Shown piece after piece: positions 1-13,926 of a stretch of DNA of 64,000 nt (positions are counted from its first letter, which is position 1; the number at the start of each line of letters is the position of its first letter). Source of the stretch: Chara braunii (taxonomy: Eukaryota; Plantae; Charophyceae). The DNA is taken from NCBI GenBank assembly GCA_003427395.1, contig BFEA01000026.1, forward strand, positions 1,894,880 to 1,958,879, read 5' to 3'. The notes under the pieces were generated by a model, which worked only from the letters and a program-made list of their open reading frames with translations, had not been told where the DNA came from and made no database searches. The position numbers were made by a program, and so were the translations under genes.

Positions 1-244
1 CTGCGAGAAATGTGTCATGTCAGTGATCCGCGTTTTCACACCGAGGCTTTTTCGTGAACTTTGTTTTCCCGCATTAGGCTGACGTCTGATGGGTGATTGG
101 CAGTCCGAGTCGGCTAAAGATCACACTACGTCTTTCGATTGATGACTTGTTTGATTGATCCATTGATTAGTTGCTGGAGCATTGAATCAATTGATTGATC
201 CATCGCGATTGATTCGATTGGTTTCGATTGATAGATTGACAATC

Positions 245-286
<42 letters not shown>

Positions 287-1961
287 CATCGGCTGCTAAC
301 ATCGGATACGTCGGTTAGCTGAACGGGGAGTTAAGCATCGTTGTGGTGGTGAAGTGAGTTTTTAGATTAACGGAACGTAACTGTGGTTAACGGTTGCCGT
401 TAGCTGAGATAGAGATTGTGAAGCGAAAGTTAGCTGATGAAACTTACTGTATTTTACTGTTGGCCAAAGGTTGCTGTTTTTTTTTTTTTTTTTTTTTTTG
501 GTAACTCAACAACAGGCATGCATGCTTGCATACACGTATGAAGTGCGTACGCTTGCATGATACATGTATGAAGTGCGTACGCTTGCATGCATGATGTACG
601 TACGCTTGCATGCATGCATGTACGATCTTACGTACGTACGCTTGCATGCAGCAATCAAAGGTTCATCCTTTCATTAGTCCAGTAATACAGCAGTATTAAT
701 ATCCTGTCTTCGCCAATCGCCGGCATTGCTCGCACCTCGCGAGCTCCTTAGTTGAAAGCGATAGCGAATTTCGGATTTGCAGCCAGCCGACTAAGTTCCA
801 ACGCCTGCGCACTTGATTGGGAATTTGGGAGTGCTGCTCATTGCTCAATCCAGGTAATGAGGGCCCACAGTCAAGAAGAAGGACAACAGTGCTGATGACG
901 AGTTACTGTAATACCAATCCCCGAGTTATAACACCAATCCCCCCCAAACTAGTGACCACAGCCAGCGACATTACTGTAGATTTGTTTGTCGAGGGCCGCC
1001 CGTCATTGAGAGACGATGGACGGTGCTGATAACAAGTTCGACATTTAATTTAGTGTAGATTTGTTTGTCGATGTGTCGGAGCTCTAGACGGCGACACGTG
1101 GCTGGCAAAGGCGGTCCGGTCCGGGAGTTCCGTTCGAGATAATCATGACCCAGAGTTGAGTACCGAGTAGACGGAGAGGGCTGATGACATCAGGCCTCGA
1201 CCTGGCGACCACCAGAACGCCGCTGAGTACAAGCCGTTTCGTTCTCTCGTGATTACGAGGAGGACGATGGCGATGGGCTGACATCTATGGCAATCCTTTT
1301 TCCGTTGTCGTGAGCTCAAGCGTGGGGTGGTGCTGAGGGCAATCCTGTCCGAACCTGTGACCTCAAGGACAAAAGCTGGCTGGCAGTGATCCTTATTCCT
1401 TATCGAGGCGAGCTCAAAGACGGACGGGAGACGGGACTGACAATCCTTGGCCCGGCGAAATCTGGGTTCGTTGTTGTGTTCACAAGGACGGTGGCCATCA
1501 TAATCCTCGTTGAGTCGTTGTTGTCGGCTGGAGGGGGGTAGGGGGCGCGGGAGAGCGGGGAGAAGATTCTGAAGAGATTGACATGCAGCATAGGGAAGCA
1601 AGGTGAGAATCCTCGGCCCGGCAAAATCTGCGTTCGTTGCTGTGTCCTGAGCACAAGGACGGTGGTCATAATGCTCGTTGTTCCCCAGTGTAGGTGGAGG
1701 AGGGGGGCGCGGGGACAAGAAGAGAGTAACGGGCAGCTGAGGGAAGGAAGGAGAGGACGCAGTTGCCAAAGGGACAGAGCTGACAGGTTTGGGACAGGCT
1801 TGGACATAGGCTTGGGATTCTGAGGAGATTGGGGTGTTCCTGAGAAACCATAACTGACGGCGGATGAGGATCGGGTCAAGTGCGACAGCGCGCGCGCGCG
1901 CCCACACACACACACACACACACACATACTCACACTTACACACTTACACACTTACACACTT

Positions 1962-1999
<38 letters not shown>

Positions 2000-2213
2000 N
2001 NNNNNNNNNNNNNNNNNNNNNNNNNNNNNNNNNNNNNNNNNNNNNNNNNNNNNNNNNNNNNNNNNNNNNNNNNNNNNNNNNNNNNNNNNNNNNNNNNNNN
2101 NNNNNNNNNNNNNNNNNNNNNNNNNNNNNNNNNNNNNNNNNNNNNNNNNNNNNNNNNNNNNNNNNNNNNNNNNNNNNNNNNNNNNNNNNNNNNNNNNNNN
2201 NNNNNNNNNNNNN

Positions 2214-2279
<66 letters not shown>

Positions 2280-2780
2280 GTATCTGTGTGGGGCTCATGA
2301 AAAGAGTGTCTAGAGTCGGCGCCAAGCACTATTCCCCGCACGGTCGAGGGGGAGTTCGCGGAAGTAGAGAAGGAAGAGAAGCATTGCCAAGTGGAGGGGT
2401 GGGAGGGGAGAGGGGAGAAGATAAGGAGGAGAAAGAGGAGCAGAATTGCCACGTTGAGAAAGAGGAGGAACGTTCTTGTTGCAGTTGCCCAGTTACAGAT
2501 AGTACTTAAAAAACGCACCGTCAAGATGATTGCAGTATTACAGCCATCTTAAGCTGTTGTGCTGTTCTCCACTTGGCAGTCAGATAGAAGGGCAATTCCT
2601 GCTCAACTGTTCAGAATCTAGATATCTAGCTTCCCGCAGAACTCGTTAAGAAAAAAAACAACCATTGACAAAAGAAGTGGAAGGAGCATTGTGCTGCACC
2701 GCCCCAGGCCCTTTCCTTTTGCGCCTTCGCAGTTTGCTCTCCGTTCCTTTCCCCCTTTCCTTGCAATCCTGGTTTCCCAA

Positions 2781-2821
<41 letters not shown>

Positions 2822-3701
2822 TCGCCAATCCAAATCCTTATCTTAGTACTAATCCCAAACTCCTCGTCCCAATCCTAACACCCAACCCTAATTGAACTTC
2901 TCCTCCTCCTCCTCCTCCTCCTCCTCCTCCTCTTCCTCCTCCTCCTCCTCCTGCTCCTCTCCTCCTCCTCCTCCTACTACTACTACTATTACTAGTACGA
3001 CGACGACGACTACGACTACGACTACGACTACTGCTGATGATCCAGATCGCAATTACGATTATTTCTTCGTTAATCTAATAAGCACAAGCACAGCCAAATC
3101 GTCTGAGTCCAAAATTCACTGGCACTGGCCGAAAATCGTTAATCAGTCTTCACTGACTCTGCCATCGCAGTCATTTTGTTATATTAGCGCTATACCAACC
3201 GTAAGTAAATTTCCTAATTTTTCAGCGTGGGGCCAGATAGAAAACCTACTCCCTGTCCCGACCAGATCTCCACTTGACCATGTAGTCCTGCAAGATGAGT
3301 TTACCAGCGATCATGCCGTAAGGCGAGGAAAAGAAGCTCAGCAGAAGGGCCAGCTCAGCAGAAGGGCCGGTGTGGTGGAATGATCGCAGATTCGCAGGGA
3401 TTAGAGCGAGTACTAACGTCGCTCTTCTACCTCGTGAAAGTCTGGTTTCGACTGGGCGACAGGAAGTTCGACAATCTTTCTTTTTTTTTTTTTCCAGTAG
3501 GGGTGTGCGGCACTCTGGAGTTCAGGTTGCTAGAGAATGAGAATAGGACAGGAGTTCAGGAAAGGAGAAGCGAAAGGAGAGAGAGGAGAGAGAAGAGAGA
3601 CTCTGAGAGAGGAGAGAGAAAGAGAGAAGAGACATACCGAATGACAATGAGATAGACTGAAGGGAGGAAGGCCGAAACCAACGAGGAGCGGACGCAGAGG
3701 G

Positions 3702-3755
<54 letters not shown>

Positions 3756-3756
3756 N

Positions 3757-3820
<64 letters not shown>

Positions 3821-3835
3821 GGAGGGTTGGATGAG

Positions 3836-4817
3836 ATGGATGGCCAAATGTTGTTGATGAATCATGGAGCGAGTCAGGGTGTTCTTCGAAGAGCAACTCC
3901 TGCAGCAGCAGCAGCCTTGGACCAACTGATGATGCCGGCGGCCGCCATGGCTGTGAGCTCAGTCGGCGGGGGGGAAAGCCATAGCTTGATGCACTCATCG
4001 TCGTGGCAAGCACCTGCCTGGATTTCATCCCTCCGCGCTGTCTCCTCCACCTATACCCACCACCCCTCTTCCGCCTCCTCCTCCCCGCCGACTCATTCTT
4101 CTGCTTACCTTCACCCTTTCGCTGCATGCACTCCTCCTCCTCCTCCTCCTCCTCCTCCTCCTCCTCTGGTCAATTTCAATTTCGACTTCGCTTCTCGCTT
4201 CAAGGAGATGTACACGTTAGCAGAGGAAGATGCAGCTGCTGCCAGGCTGGCGGATGGCTCCGCTGGCCCGCAAGTCCACGATCAACAGCTTGACTGTGAG
4301 GGGGAGGAGAGGGAGGAGAGGGAGCAGCAAGACCAAGAAGACCGCTTTCTCCATCTATTCATTCGCAATCTTCATCATCAGTATATTAGCAATGCTGCGA
4401 TGGGAGGAGAGGGAGGAGACGGTGGGGGGCATGGAGGAGGAGGAGGAGGAGGTTCGTCTTCTTCATCAGGAACGGGATCGGACTATGGGAATTGTCAAGA
4501 CTGTGCCATGTCGAGCATGGGCGGACTGACAGGACCATCAGCAATGGCCGCGGCGACGGCGGCAGCGGCGACCGCCGCCGCAGGAGGGTATCCAAGTGGA
4601 GAGACGTTCGTGGACATGGATGGGGATGCCACGTGGTCCGGCGGCGACTACTCAGATGCAGTAGCGGCGGTAGCAGCGGCAGCAGGAGGTGCGGGAGGTT
4701 GTGCGCAGGCGGGTGAAGGAGGTGGTTCTCCATTCGAATGCGATCAGCAGATTCTGAGAATAGCCGCTGCCGCCGGCGGCGCGAGTGCTTGTACTGCCAT
4801 CACAATTGCGGGCTGCG
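3836..4817 (+). CDS. Probable first coding exon (low-complexity Ala/Gly/Pro/Glu-rich N-terminus) of the bZIP gene; ORF stays open to TGA at 4960
   Basis: Longest non-microsatellite GC-rich ORF in the window. First ATG at 3836 follows a long (GA)n tract. Candidate donor CG|GTACGT at 4817/4818 is phase 1, compatible with the phase-1 acceptor at 11492/11493. Linkage to the bZIP exons is inferred. Confidence 0.55.
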
Positions 4818-4961
4818 GTACGTACCTTCGGACCCCAGACACCTCTTACCGGCATCCACTGGAACCTTCCTGTCTCCTGCCCCTCTTGCCTATCCTTCTC
4901 CCTCCTCCTCTGTGCCATCCTGTAGTAGCTAATGGGTTAAAAAAACAAGCACCATCCTGAG

Positions 4962-5010
<49 letters not shown>

Positions 5011-5015
5011 CACCC

Positions 5016-5069
<54 letters not shown>

Positions 5070-5071
5070 GG

Positions 5072-5117
<46 letters not shown>

Positions 5118-5439
5118 GTACTACCAGTACTACCACTACTACCACTGCTACTACAACTGCTACTACTACTGCTATTACTGCTACTGCTACTGCTGGAAGA
5201 GGGAGGAGGAGAAGGAGAATAGCAGTACTGCTGCAATAATCCTTTGTAGTAGTGGTAGTAGTAGTACTACCTGTAGTAGCCGAAGAAGAAAAGAAGGAAG
5301 ACACAATGCTTAGTAGTAGTGATAGGAGTTCTAGTAGTAGTAGAAGCAGCGGCAGCAGCAGCAGCAGCAGCAGCAGAAGAAGAAGAAGAAGAAGAAGAAG
5401 AAGAAGAAGAAGAAGAATTCAAGGTGTAAGACAAGAAAC

Positions 5440-5518
<79 letters not shown>

Positions 5519-5874
5519 CTCACGCGGAGGACAAGATAGATCAAAGGACGCATCTTTCTTGCCAAGCACCGTTATAGTACTCGTTCCCTCGACGTGTTTC
5601 GACCTGCGTGTACCCAGGTCTCTTCAGGGGGACCAACCAACACCACAGATACTGCGGAAACCAACTTTCCTCGTCAACTTTTATAATCTATGAACGAATG
5701 TGATCTTCATAATTCCGCCTTCCCTCGTTTCCTCTCTACCCTTAAAGTTTCTTCTCACATACCCCAACCACATGACCTCATCACATTCCGGATCACTCAA
5801 GTCGATCGTGCGCTCTCAGCGCACTACTGCTCTCAACGAAGAAGAAGAAGAAGAAGAAGAAGAAGAAGAAGAAG

Positions 5875-5877
<3 letters not shown>

Positions 5878-5914
<37 letters not shown>

Positions 5915-6061
5915 CAGCTTCAGGAATTGTAGTGAAAACAGCGGCCATAGACTGTTTCTCGCATGTGCTTCAGCAAATAAACATCACATCTCCACATGCA
6001 CTGTTCTCAGAAGAAACATGCATATTATAGCAGGCTTAACAGCAACAACAGCACACAACAA

Positions 6062-6096
<35 letters not shown>

Positions 6097-6420
6097 CAGC
6101 TTCAGGAATTATAGTGAAAACAGCGGCCATAGACTGTTTCTCGCATGTGGTTCAACGAATAAACGTCACATCTCCGCATGCACTGTTCTCAGAAGAAACA
6201 CGCATATTATAGCAGGCTTAACAGCAACAACAGCACACAACAACAACAGCAGCAGCAGCAGCAGCAGCAGTACAGCTTCAGGAATTATAGTGAAAACAGC
6301 GGCCATAGACTGTTTCTCGCATATGCTTGAACAAATAAACATCACATCTCCGCATGCACATGCACTGTTCTCAGAAGAAACGCGCATATTATAATAGGCT
6401 TAGCAGCAACAACAGCACGA
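5878..6420 (+). repeat. Three tandem ~180-bp units each headed by (CAG)n
   Basis: TACAGCTTCAGGAATT(G/A)TAGTGAAAACAGCGGCCATAGACTGTTTCTCGCAT occurs at ~5912, ~6094 and ~6271. Confidence 0.9.
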
Positions 6421-6910
6421 ACAGGAACAGTGGACGAGGAGAAGAAAAAAAAAGGAGCAAAAGACGAATAAATAGAAAAGGAAAAACAAGAAATTTAAAT
6501 ATGACGAAGACGAATTCACAAGAAACGATATGGATGTTCAAAAGAAAGAAGTCTAGAAGAAGTGGAAGGATTAGCATTCTCGAAGAAGAAGGATGACGAC
6601 GAGAGCGACAATATGAATGAATGATCATGTCATCATGATGGGAATAACAAACTACGCGACTACTACAACGATAGGAGAACAATCCAGGGGTGGGCGAACA
6701 AAAGGAGAAGAATCAATCATATATGGACTGTTTAAACTTTAAAACAAAAAAAACAAAAAAAAGTCAGGGACTGTTTTTTATTTTATTTTATATGTTTAAG
6801 AAGAGCGACGGGCTTGAGAAAGTTGAGATATCTTTGTTCAACTAAAAAAAAAAAAAAAAAAAAAGATCTCTGTCCAACTAAACCGGGGGGTCCCAAATAA
6901 TTCAGAAATA

Positions 6911-7085
6911 CTCCATCCGGATTCGAACTCAGGTCCGGTTTTTTTCAACAGTTTGTGGATGTACCAACTGAGCTACCGTCTTCACCCGAATAGAACGCCC
7001 GGTCATTAAAGCTGCATTTGGCCCAGCTTTCAGTCCAGATGCAGCGATAATGACCGGGCGTCCATTCGAGTGAAGACGGTAGGCC
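6911..7085 (-). mobile_element. tRNA-derived SINE-like head interrupted by a TA-targeted MITE
   Basis: Minus strand reads GGCC[MITE]TAGCTCAGTTGG...GAGTTCGAATCC, i.e. Pol III A and B boxes. Removing the MITE restores GGCCTAGCTCAGTTGG as in the other copies. Confidence 0.65.
6976..7079. mobile_element. ~105-bp hairpin MITE, CCGT...ACGG termini, TA TSD (Tc1/mariner-pogo-like)
   Basis: ~35-bp imperfect TIRs with TA on both sides. The empty site can be reconstructed from the SINE head. Relatives at 8156-8262 and 40811-40911. Confidence 0.8.
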
Positions 7086-7210
7086 TGTCGGCAGTCAAGG
7101 ACATTTATGTTTTGTATGAAGAAAGTGAAGAAGGCACACCCCCCCCCAAAAAAAAAGAAAAAAAGAAAAAAACTTTTAAAAAAGACTCCAAATAGTTTCC
7201 GTTTTGAAAT

Positions 7211-7888
7211 GGGTTAATTTCAAAAATATTGCTGTTTCAAAGTTTGGCAGCAAAAATGTCGTCCGTTCGAAGTTTCCTTTGCAAAAATAGAGGTTTCGTT
7301 GCAGCTTTATGGGGTTCCGGCAGTTTGCCAGCAAAAATACCGCGTTTTGCCCAGTTTCACAGCAAAGGACCCCTAGGCCCCTGGCCTCAGGGACTCAGGG
7401 ACTCAGCGTTCTGGCCTGAGGCACTCAGCTTTTCTTTTCTTTTTTTTCCCCGAGGCAAGGCATCTCGGCCGTGGCCATGCGGCCGCGTTTNNNNNNNNNN
7501 NNNNNNNNNNNNNNNNNNNNNNNNNNNNNNNNNNNNNNNNNNNNNNNNNNNNNNNNNNNNNNNNNNNNNNNNNNNNNNNNNNNNNNNNNNNNNAAAAAAA
7601 AAAAACAAAAAAAAAAAAAAACACAATGCTCAGTGCCTCAGGCCAGAACGCTGAGTCCCTGAGTCCCTGAGGCCAGAGGCCTAGGGGTCCTTTGCCGTGA
7701 AACTGGGCAAAACGCGGTATTCTTGCTGGCAAACTATGAGAACGCGGTATTTTTGCTGGCAAACTATAGGAACGCGATAAAGCTTCAACGAAACCTCTAA
7801 CGAAACCTCTATTTTTGCGAAGGAAACTTCGAACGGACGACATTTTTGCTGCCAAACTTCGAAACAGCAATATTTTTGCTATTAACCC
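7211..7888. mobile_element. Foldback MULE-like non-autonomous element
   Basis: ~220-bp inverted arms starting GGGTTAAT and ending ATTAACCC. Perfect 9-bp TSD TTTTGAAAT at 7202-7210 and 7889-7897. Confidence 0.85.
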
Positions 7889-8155
7889 TTTTGAAATGGG
7901 TTAACAAAAGACACGATCCTAAACGAAGTGAGTGGACCATATGGTGCAATGGATTCCATTTCTTTTTCTTTTTTTTTTCTAATTTTTGCAATAGGTTGCT
8001 GCCATGTGTTCAAGGAATTATTCTAGCAGGTCACCAACACTCCCTTTCCCCTTCCCTGCCATGTGTTCAATAGGTGAGTCGACGGATTACCTCCGCGGGA
8101 TCGTGACTGCCGACGTGGTAGTGTGAAGTTCGGTCTGACGCTTTTGATAACTCTA

Positions 8156-8262
8156 CCGTCTTTTCACTCGAATAGAACGCCCGGTCGTTATCACTGCATC
8201 TGGACTGAAAGTTGTGCCAAATGCAGCTGTAATGACCTGGCATTCTATTCGGGCCAAGATGG
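8156..8262. mobile_element. Hairpin MITE, same family as 6976-7079, inverted
   Basis: TA|CCGTCTTTTCACTCGAATAGAACGCCCGG ... GGGCCAAGATGG|TA; interior is the reverse complement of the 6976 copy. Confidence 0.75.
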
Positions 8263-8689
8263 TAGTTGACCTTTACGGCTGTCCTGAAACTCTAGATGTA
8301 AAGCTGACAGTTTTGGACAAGTTAGGCTGTGTGAAGAAGCAAATAAGAAAGAGAGGCTGATTAATTAAGATCAAAGGAAGTAGTAAAGGTAAGTATGCTA
8401 ATGTCATCGACCAAATAAATACACGCAAATAGTTGCAAACTCCATTCGGTGCGTTCTATTTGGGGTAGTAGTCGCCACATTTACATTCAGATTTTGTGTC
8501 AGCCCGTGGATCCTGATGTCGGTGCGTCGTGGTCATGCAATCGGGGTAGTAGCTGCTGATAGAGATGTGCATTGGACTTAGCACATACGACTTAGCACGT
8601 ACACCAGACATATAGGAAGGAGGTAGTAGTTGCTGAATGAAGAGGTGCATGGGACTCGTCAGAGTCAGCACGTACGACTTAGCTTGTAC

Positions 8690-9110
8690 ACAAAAGGACT
8701 AATTAACACAACGTAAACAAAGCACGACTTAGCACAACGTAGTCAAACTGTCAAAGTGCGATTTAGCACAACGTAGACAAAGTACGATTAGCACAACGTA
8801 GACAAAGTACGACTTAGCGCAACGTAGACAAAGTACGACTTGGCACAACGTAGTCAAAGTACGACGTAGCACAACGTAGCCAAAAGTATGACTTGGCACA
8901 ACGTAGACAAAGTACGACTTGGCACAGCGTAGACAAAGTACGACTTAGCATGTACACCAGGAAAATAGGACTTAGGATGCAAGGCTCAGATCATTCAGAC
9001 ACAAAACACTACTTGGCACGTTGACAAAGTACGACTTAGCACGGACACAAAGCACGACTTAGCACGACGTACACAAAGGACCACTTAGCATGTACACCAG
9101 GCAAATAGTA
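8690..9110 (+). repeat. 26-bp minisatellite (GACAAAGTACGACTTAGCACAACGTA)n
   Basis: About ten imperfect tandem copies, followed by a (TACA)n tract at 9200-9420. Confidence 0.9.
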
Positions 9111-9292
9111 CTTAGCAGGTAAGACTCATATCATTCAACACTTACGGCTCAGCATCTACGACTCACTACCGGTAGTACAATGTAGCACATGCGCTAGCAC
9201 ATACATGCATACATACATACATACATTATACATACATACATACATACATACATACATACATACATACAATCATGCATGTAGACATACATACA

Positions 9293-9325
<33 letters not shown>

Positions 9326-9547
9326 GCGATCATGCATGCATACATACATACATACATACATACATACATACATACATACTACATACATACTACATACATA
9401 CGTACATACATACATACAAACATCCATAAATTATTTTAATTTATTTATCTACGTTGATTATTTACATTACTTTCTGTATGTTACGTTACGTTAGGTTTTT
9501 TTTTTGTGTGTGTGGGGGGGTGTGGGGGAAGTTATTTCTACTCAACT

Positions 9548-9615
9548 GGCTCTGTTGGAATTCGAACACAGGTCTGTGTTTCGTCAGTTCATGCGTGTAC
9601 CAACTGCGCTAGGCC
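9548..9615 (-). mobile_element. tRNA-like SINE head (A and B box)
   Basis: Minus strand GGCCTAGCGCAGTTGGTACACGCATGAACTG...GTGTTCGAATTCC. The anticodon arm does not fold, so it is not called as a tRNA. Confidence 0.65.
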
Positions 9616-10903
9616 AGTTGGTGTTTTTTGGTAAATTTTAGGGTAGCTTTTGGTAAGTTTTTATGTACGTATATTATACATAGTTTCTAGTAGGTTTTAA
9701 ATACTTACATGACACTTATATATACTTTCTTAAATTACAACTTAGCACGTAGCGTTGATTAAATTTGCTGTTGATTTGCGGTTGATTTGCTGTGGATTTG
9801 CTTTTGATTTGGTGTGGATTCACTGGGTTGCCCGCTGATGAGCCTGTGCAGCAGGTGCAGCTCGTAGGGGAGTGCTGATGAGCCTGCTCAGCTCTGTTTG
9901 GTCTCTCCACGTTGACATGCTGCTGGAGCAGGCTCGCCGCTTTGTGTTGGCCTTCTAGTTTTTCGAACCGTTTAGGAACTCTCTTGGAATGGTCTTCATT
10001 TCTTGCAAAAAAAGGGGGGGGGAAAAGAATGGTCTTCGTTTCGTGCACTTCGTGACTTCGATGAACGAGAACCATTAAGTAATCCTTACGTGGCAAAGAT
10101 CTAGAGACTCTCAAAAAACTAGTTTGAAATTCTTCGTTGTTACAACATTGCCTACTTTATTACCTTTAATTCATTTCCGTACTTCATATCAAACTGGACT
10201 AAGCTACATCCAATAATTCATCTCACGCAGGTACTATGGGCCCAGCTATGGTTGTCCTTCTCCCACTCCTCTTTCTCCTCCATGCCCTCGCCCGTGTTTC
10301 TGTCCTTCACCCGCGTCCCTCCTCATCCACCAGACAACCTCCAACTCACTCTCCTCCTTGTGGTGCTCCTTGTCCTTGAACTCTTCTGCCTCCTCCTCCT
10401 CCTCCTCCTCCTCCTCCCCCTCCTCCTCCCCCTCCTCCTTGGAACAGCATACTGTGCGTTGAAGAAGATGATCAGATGCCACCCCATGCCCACCACACTT
10501 CCTTGTCCGCTTCGGCAATAAGCGCTTTCCCCCCCCCGCTTCCCCCCGGGTTGCTTCTGTCCTTTCTCGTCTTATCACCCCCAGGACGGCTTCTGACTGG
10601 TGCCAGGGCAGCTTACTGTAGTTCCTGTCCTTGGCAGTTCCAGTTGGCCTAGGCTCGCCCTAGCCCCATACTAGGTACTACTTTGTATGATTGGCTGGGA
10701 CTGGGCCAGGTAAGGGAGCTTGCAAACTTGTGCTAAGCAGTAAATTCCTCTGGGCAAAGTGTCAAACGGGATTGCCAAGACCATGCCTTGGGAAAATGAG
10801 GATGGAAAAACAGTGAATGAGTGGAAACTTGCTGGAAAGTCGGAAACATGATTGTTGGATTTCTCTTTTTCTCAAAGGAATGAACTGTCACAAGAAAGGT
10901 TAA

Positions 10904-11127
10904 ACCACCAGTACTTCTGAAAGCCACCGCGACATGCGCACTGCCACGTGCGGGGATGAATGGCCTCGGCCCTCGGCCCTCGGGCGCTGGTATAAATTCA
11001 TTGAAGTGGAAATGGTGTGGCACTGTAGCAAGGGCTGGCATAAATTCATTCAGGTTGAAATGGTCACGGTGTGGCAAGGGCTGGCCCCATGTCCGCTGCA
11101 ACTTCCGGACTCCGGAGTACTGGTGGT
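10904..11127. mobile_element. Solo 224-bp MITE with ACCACCAGTACT TIR and TTAA TSD
   Basis: TTAA|ACCACCAGTACT ... AGTACTGGTGGT|TTAA. This copy defines the termini of the family chained at 22-26 kb and 46 kb. Confidence 0.85.
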
Positions 11128-11378
11128 TTAATGATTCAGAATGTCTTCCTTTCTGTCTCCTGCCTTCCCTGAAGGCTTCCTCATCTTTTCCGGTTGTTCA
11201 ATACTTAGCCTCGTGAGAGTTGTCCATTGACTCTATTCAATTTTGGTATCACCTTGAGGCTTGAGGGTACCATCATCAGTATGGCATGCCGCACTGTCTA
11301 CTGCTAAATGGATTGGCCCAACTGCGGAGTCAATGGGTCATTTATGGTAGGTTATTTATGGATACTGACATTCCTCGT

Positions 11379-11447
<69 letters not shown>

Positions 11448-11492
11448 TTCATTGGATTTAATGGGGCAAATCGTACCAATGGATGGGCTCAG

Positions 11493-11673
11493 AGCGACAA
11501 AACTCATGTGGCGACCACGATGGCAGGCGATCGATGCACCCACTCAGAGCTGGAAAAGGAGGAGGAGGAGAAATGGTGGAGTGCGATGAGAGGGCGAAGA
11601 TGGAAATGCAGCACTTTGCTGAGGAGCATAGCTTGCTGACTGATATGGAGATGGACAGAAAGCGTTTGCGAAG
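11493..11673 (+). CDS. bZIP exon preceding the basic region (...EEHSLLTDMEMDRKRLR-R)
   Basis: Open frame ends AAG CGT TTG CGA AG|GTATGG (phase-2 donor at 11674). The split codon AG|A is completed by the first base of the exon at 41619. The 5' boundary is uncertain (AG options at 11492, 11526, 11547) but must lie after the in-frame TAA at 11459. Confidence 0.75.
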
Positions 11674-12065
11674 GTATGGGAACATGACTCTATGAACCTT
11701 CAAGTTCCTTACTTATCACCCTTGTAGTTACTCCAAGACCTGCGGTGCAGACTTCTGGCCGGACAGATTTGACCTTTTGTTTTTGAAACAAGTCCCGGAC
11801 TGGCAGTGTCACCCTTTCAGTTTCGAAAGGGCCGAACAAACATGTGCGGGCAACAGAATCGGGTGCGGAGTTTGAAAGGGGCGATATCGGTGAAATTGGC
11901 TGTGGCCTGCGTGTGATTTTGTTGCCCTTTTCAGACTCTGCGCACAGCTAAAAATGCTTTTGTTGCCCTTTCAAACTCGGTGCGCGAGTTTGTTGCCCGC
12001 ACGTGCTAATTTTGTTGCCCTTTTCAAACTCGTTTGTGCCACAAGGCCCACAACTGAACTTGCCC

Positions 12066-13800
12066 CTTTTTTTTCTCAATAAAAAACACCTCCTGAGCCT
12101 GCTAGGTGTGGTGATGGTGATAAGAGCCCCCACTCCTGAGTCCCAACCGCTTCTGCAAGTGACTTCACTGACTCCAGTCTATTGGTGGGGACCACTGGGG
12201 AGTGGCACCTGCTGGAAAGCGGGTCCAGCGTCCCATTTTCAAGTATCATGATTAGAAGAAAATCATCTTGAACATCGTGTCCATAGGTTGGAGCCCGCGT
12301 CTTCAGTGCATTCTGGACCGTCAGATTTCCAAACTGCTCTAGCAGCCCCAACCCTTGCATGAAATAAGTAAGTCTTAGAGAGAATTTCTCCCGTCCTGCC
12401 AGATTCCGGTACCTTCCCATGGCCAATTTGAGTTCTTCTTGCAGATTGTGTGGAAATCCTAAGAACAGTGTGAGTTATCATCTTGGAAGCCATCAGAAAA
12501 TCTTGGAGTTTGACAAAAGATGGGAACTTGGGAAGTGGTTCAAATGGACAGCCAGATGCATCTGGTAGTAGCTGGCGGATCATGTGGCGGTTCACTTTTG
12601 CCTCGAGTCTTGTTTTTGATAGAGGAGAAAGAACTACGATTTCGTCAAAACTGAGATTTTGTTTTCATTGAATGAAGTTGGGCTCCTATGAAAAGCCTGG
12701 AAAAGTGCCAAAAATTCTCTTCTGAGGGTCTGCTGTACCCTCTCAAAAGTCGGATGTATCTGGACTGAATGCAATGAAGAGCCCCCTGGACCCTCAGAAG
12801 AGAAATTTGGGCATCTTTTTGGGATTTCGAACAACGAAGCCCAATAATTATTTGTTCAACAAAAAAAAAAAGCTCCTTTTTTACCGAATCATCCTAATGG
12901 CAGTTAAAGGCGGAAAGCCCTGAACATGACCAGACCCGGCATACCGTGCCGGATTCAAACTCTTGACCTGTTCCCTCTGGTCCTGTTGGCATTAGCATAC
13001 TAGTGGTTTCGGTGTTGCGGTCAGCCACTTCAACCCAGTTGCCATTAGCTAACTGTATGTGAGCAGGCCTGAGGCCAAGATGGTCTTTCTGACACAAGTG
13101 TAGCTGCCGTTCTAATTTTAGCCTGCCTGATTTGCATCATTATAACTCCTCGGCGAGTCCTCGCTAGCGCGACTCTGCGCGAGCCCAATCATTAATGTGG
13201 TTCATCACAATGTGCATACAGTCACACAGCTGTCTACTTAGTCGGTGCGCATGCACACAGGGTAGTTGTGAGACACTCCGGCTGCTCTTTGCGCCTGGGC
13301 AGTAGTGCTTTGTGTCCGGGTGTAGCATGCGTGGTTTCTAGCCTTAGACAAGGCCATGAATGTAGCGATAAGCAAACTATGAATACATGCCTCTGCCTTG
13401 CCTGACCTGAGGTTCAGGAGTGGCCAGCAGGGAGTCTGTTTTTGTTGCTGTGGCCAGCCAGGGGCTTTGTCTATCGACACAATTTGAAAGAGCTTAGAGC
13501 ACTGCATGTGCTGTGGGTGTGACACAGAGTACCACATGTCCCACAGTTCCCATAGACTGTGCCTTCCGGACCACAGAGTATGCAGCTTGCCTGCCACCGA
13601 GTGATTTAGGTAGAAATACGCCGGGTGTCGCACCTACTCTACAGTCACAGGCTGGGCGGCACCCTTGATGGTGTACTTGTGTTCCTAAATGAGGTTGGGT
13701 GACAATGGGTGTAATTCCGGGGTTGTATACATCCAGAAAGTCCTGGTGTGAGTATACCCTTGGAGATGCTGCACCATCTGCACGGTGTGTAGATTTCCAC
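12066..13800 (-). mobile_element. Decayed L1-like LINE ORF2 C-terminal fragments
   Basis: Remnants resembling the L1 C-terminal W-x-x-RN motif (ALSKARNH, GRYRN), the WDAGP..PTNRL motif at 12177-12235, then an A-rich end. Many stops and frameshifts. Confidence 0.45.
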
Positions 13801-13808
13801 AAGACCTG

Positions 13809-13926
<118 letters not shown>

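Noticed and set aside
1864-2524. Long ORFs crossing N gaps or dinucleotide repeats (also 23757, 25490, 50314, 57421)
   Set aside because: Artefacts of gaps and (CA)n/(GA)n tracts.
8074-8117. Extra small bZIP exon after a pyrimidine-rich TAG acceptor (GESTDYLRGIVTADV)
   Set aside because: Weak donor, phase not clearly compatible, and no recognisable group-C motif; cannot be supported without RNA data.
9548-9615. Functional tRNA gene
   Set aside because: A and B boxes are present, but the anticodon and acceptor stems do not pair properly and several diverged copies exist.
9835-9900. Two CTGATGAG motifs as further hammerheads
   Set aside because: No stem II followed by GAAA and no NUH-flanking stems.
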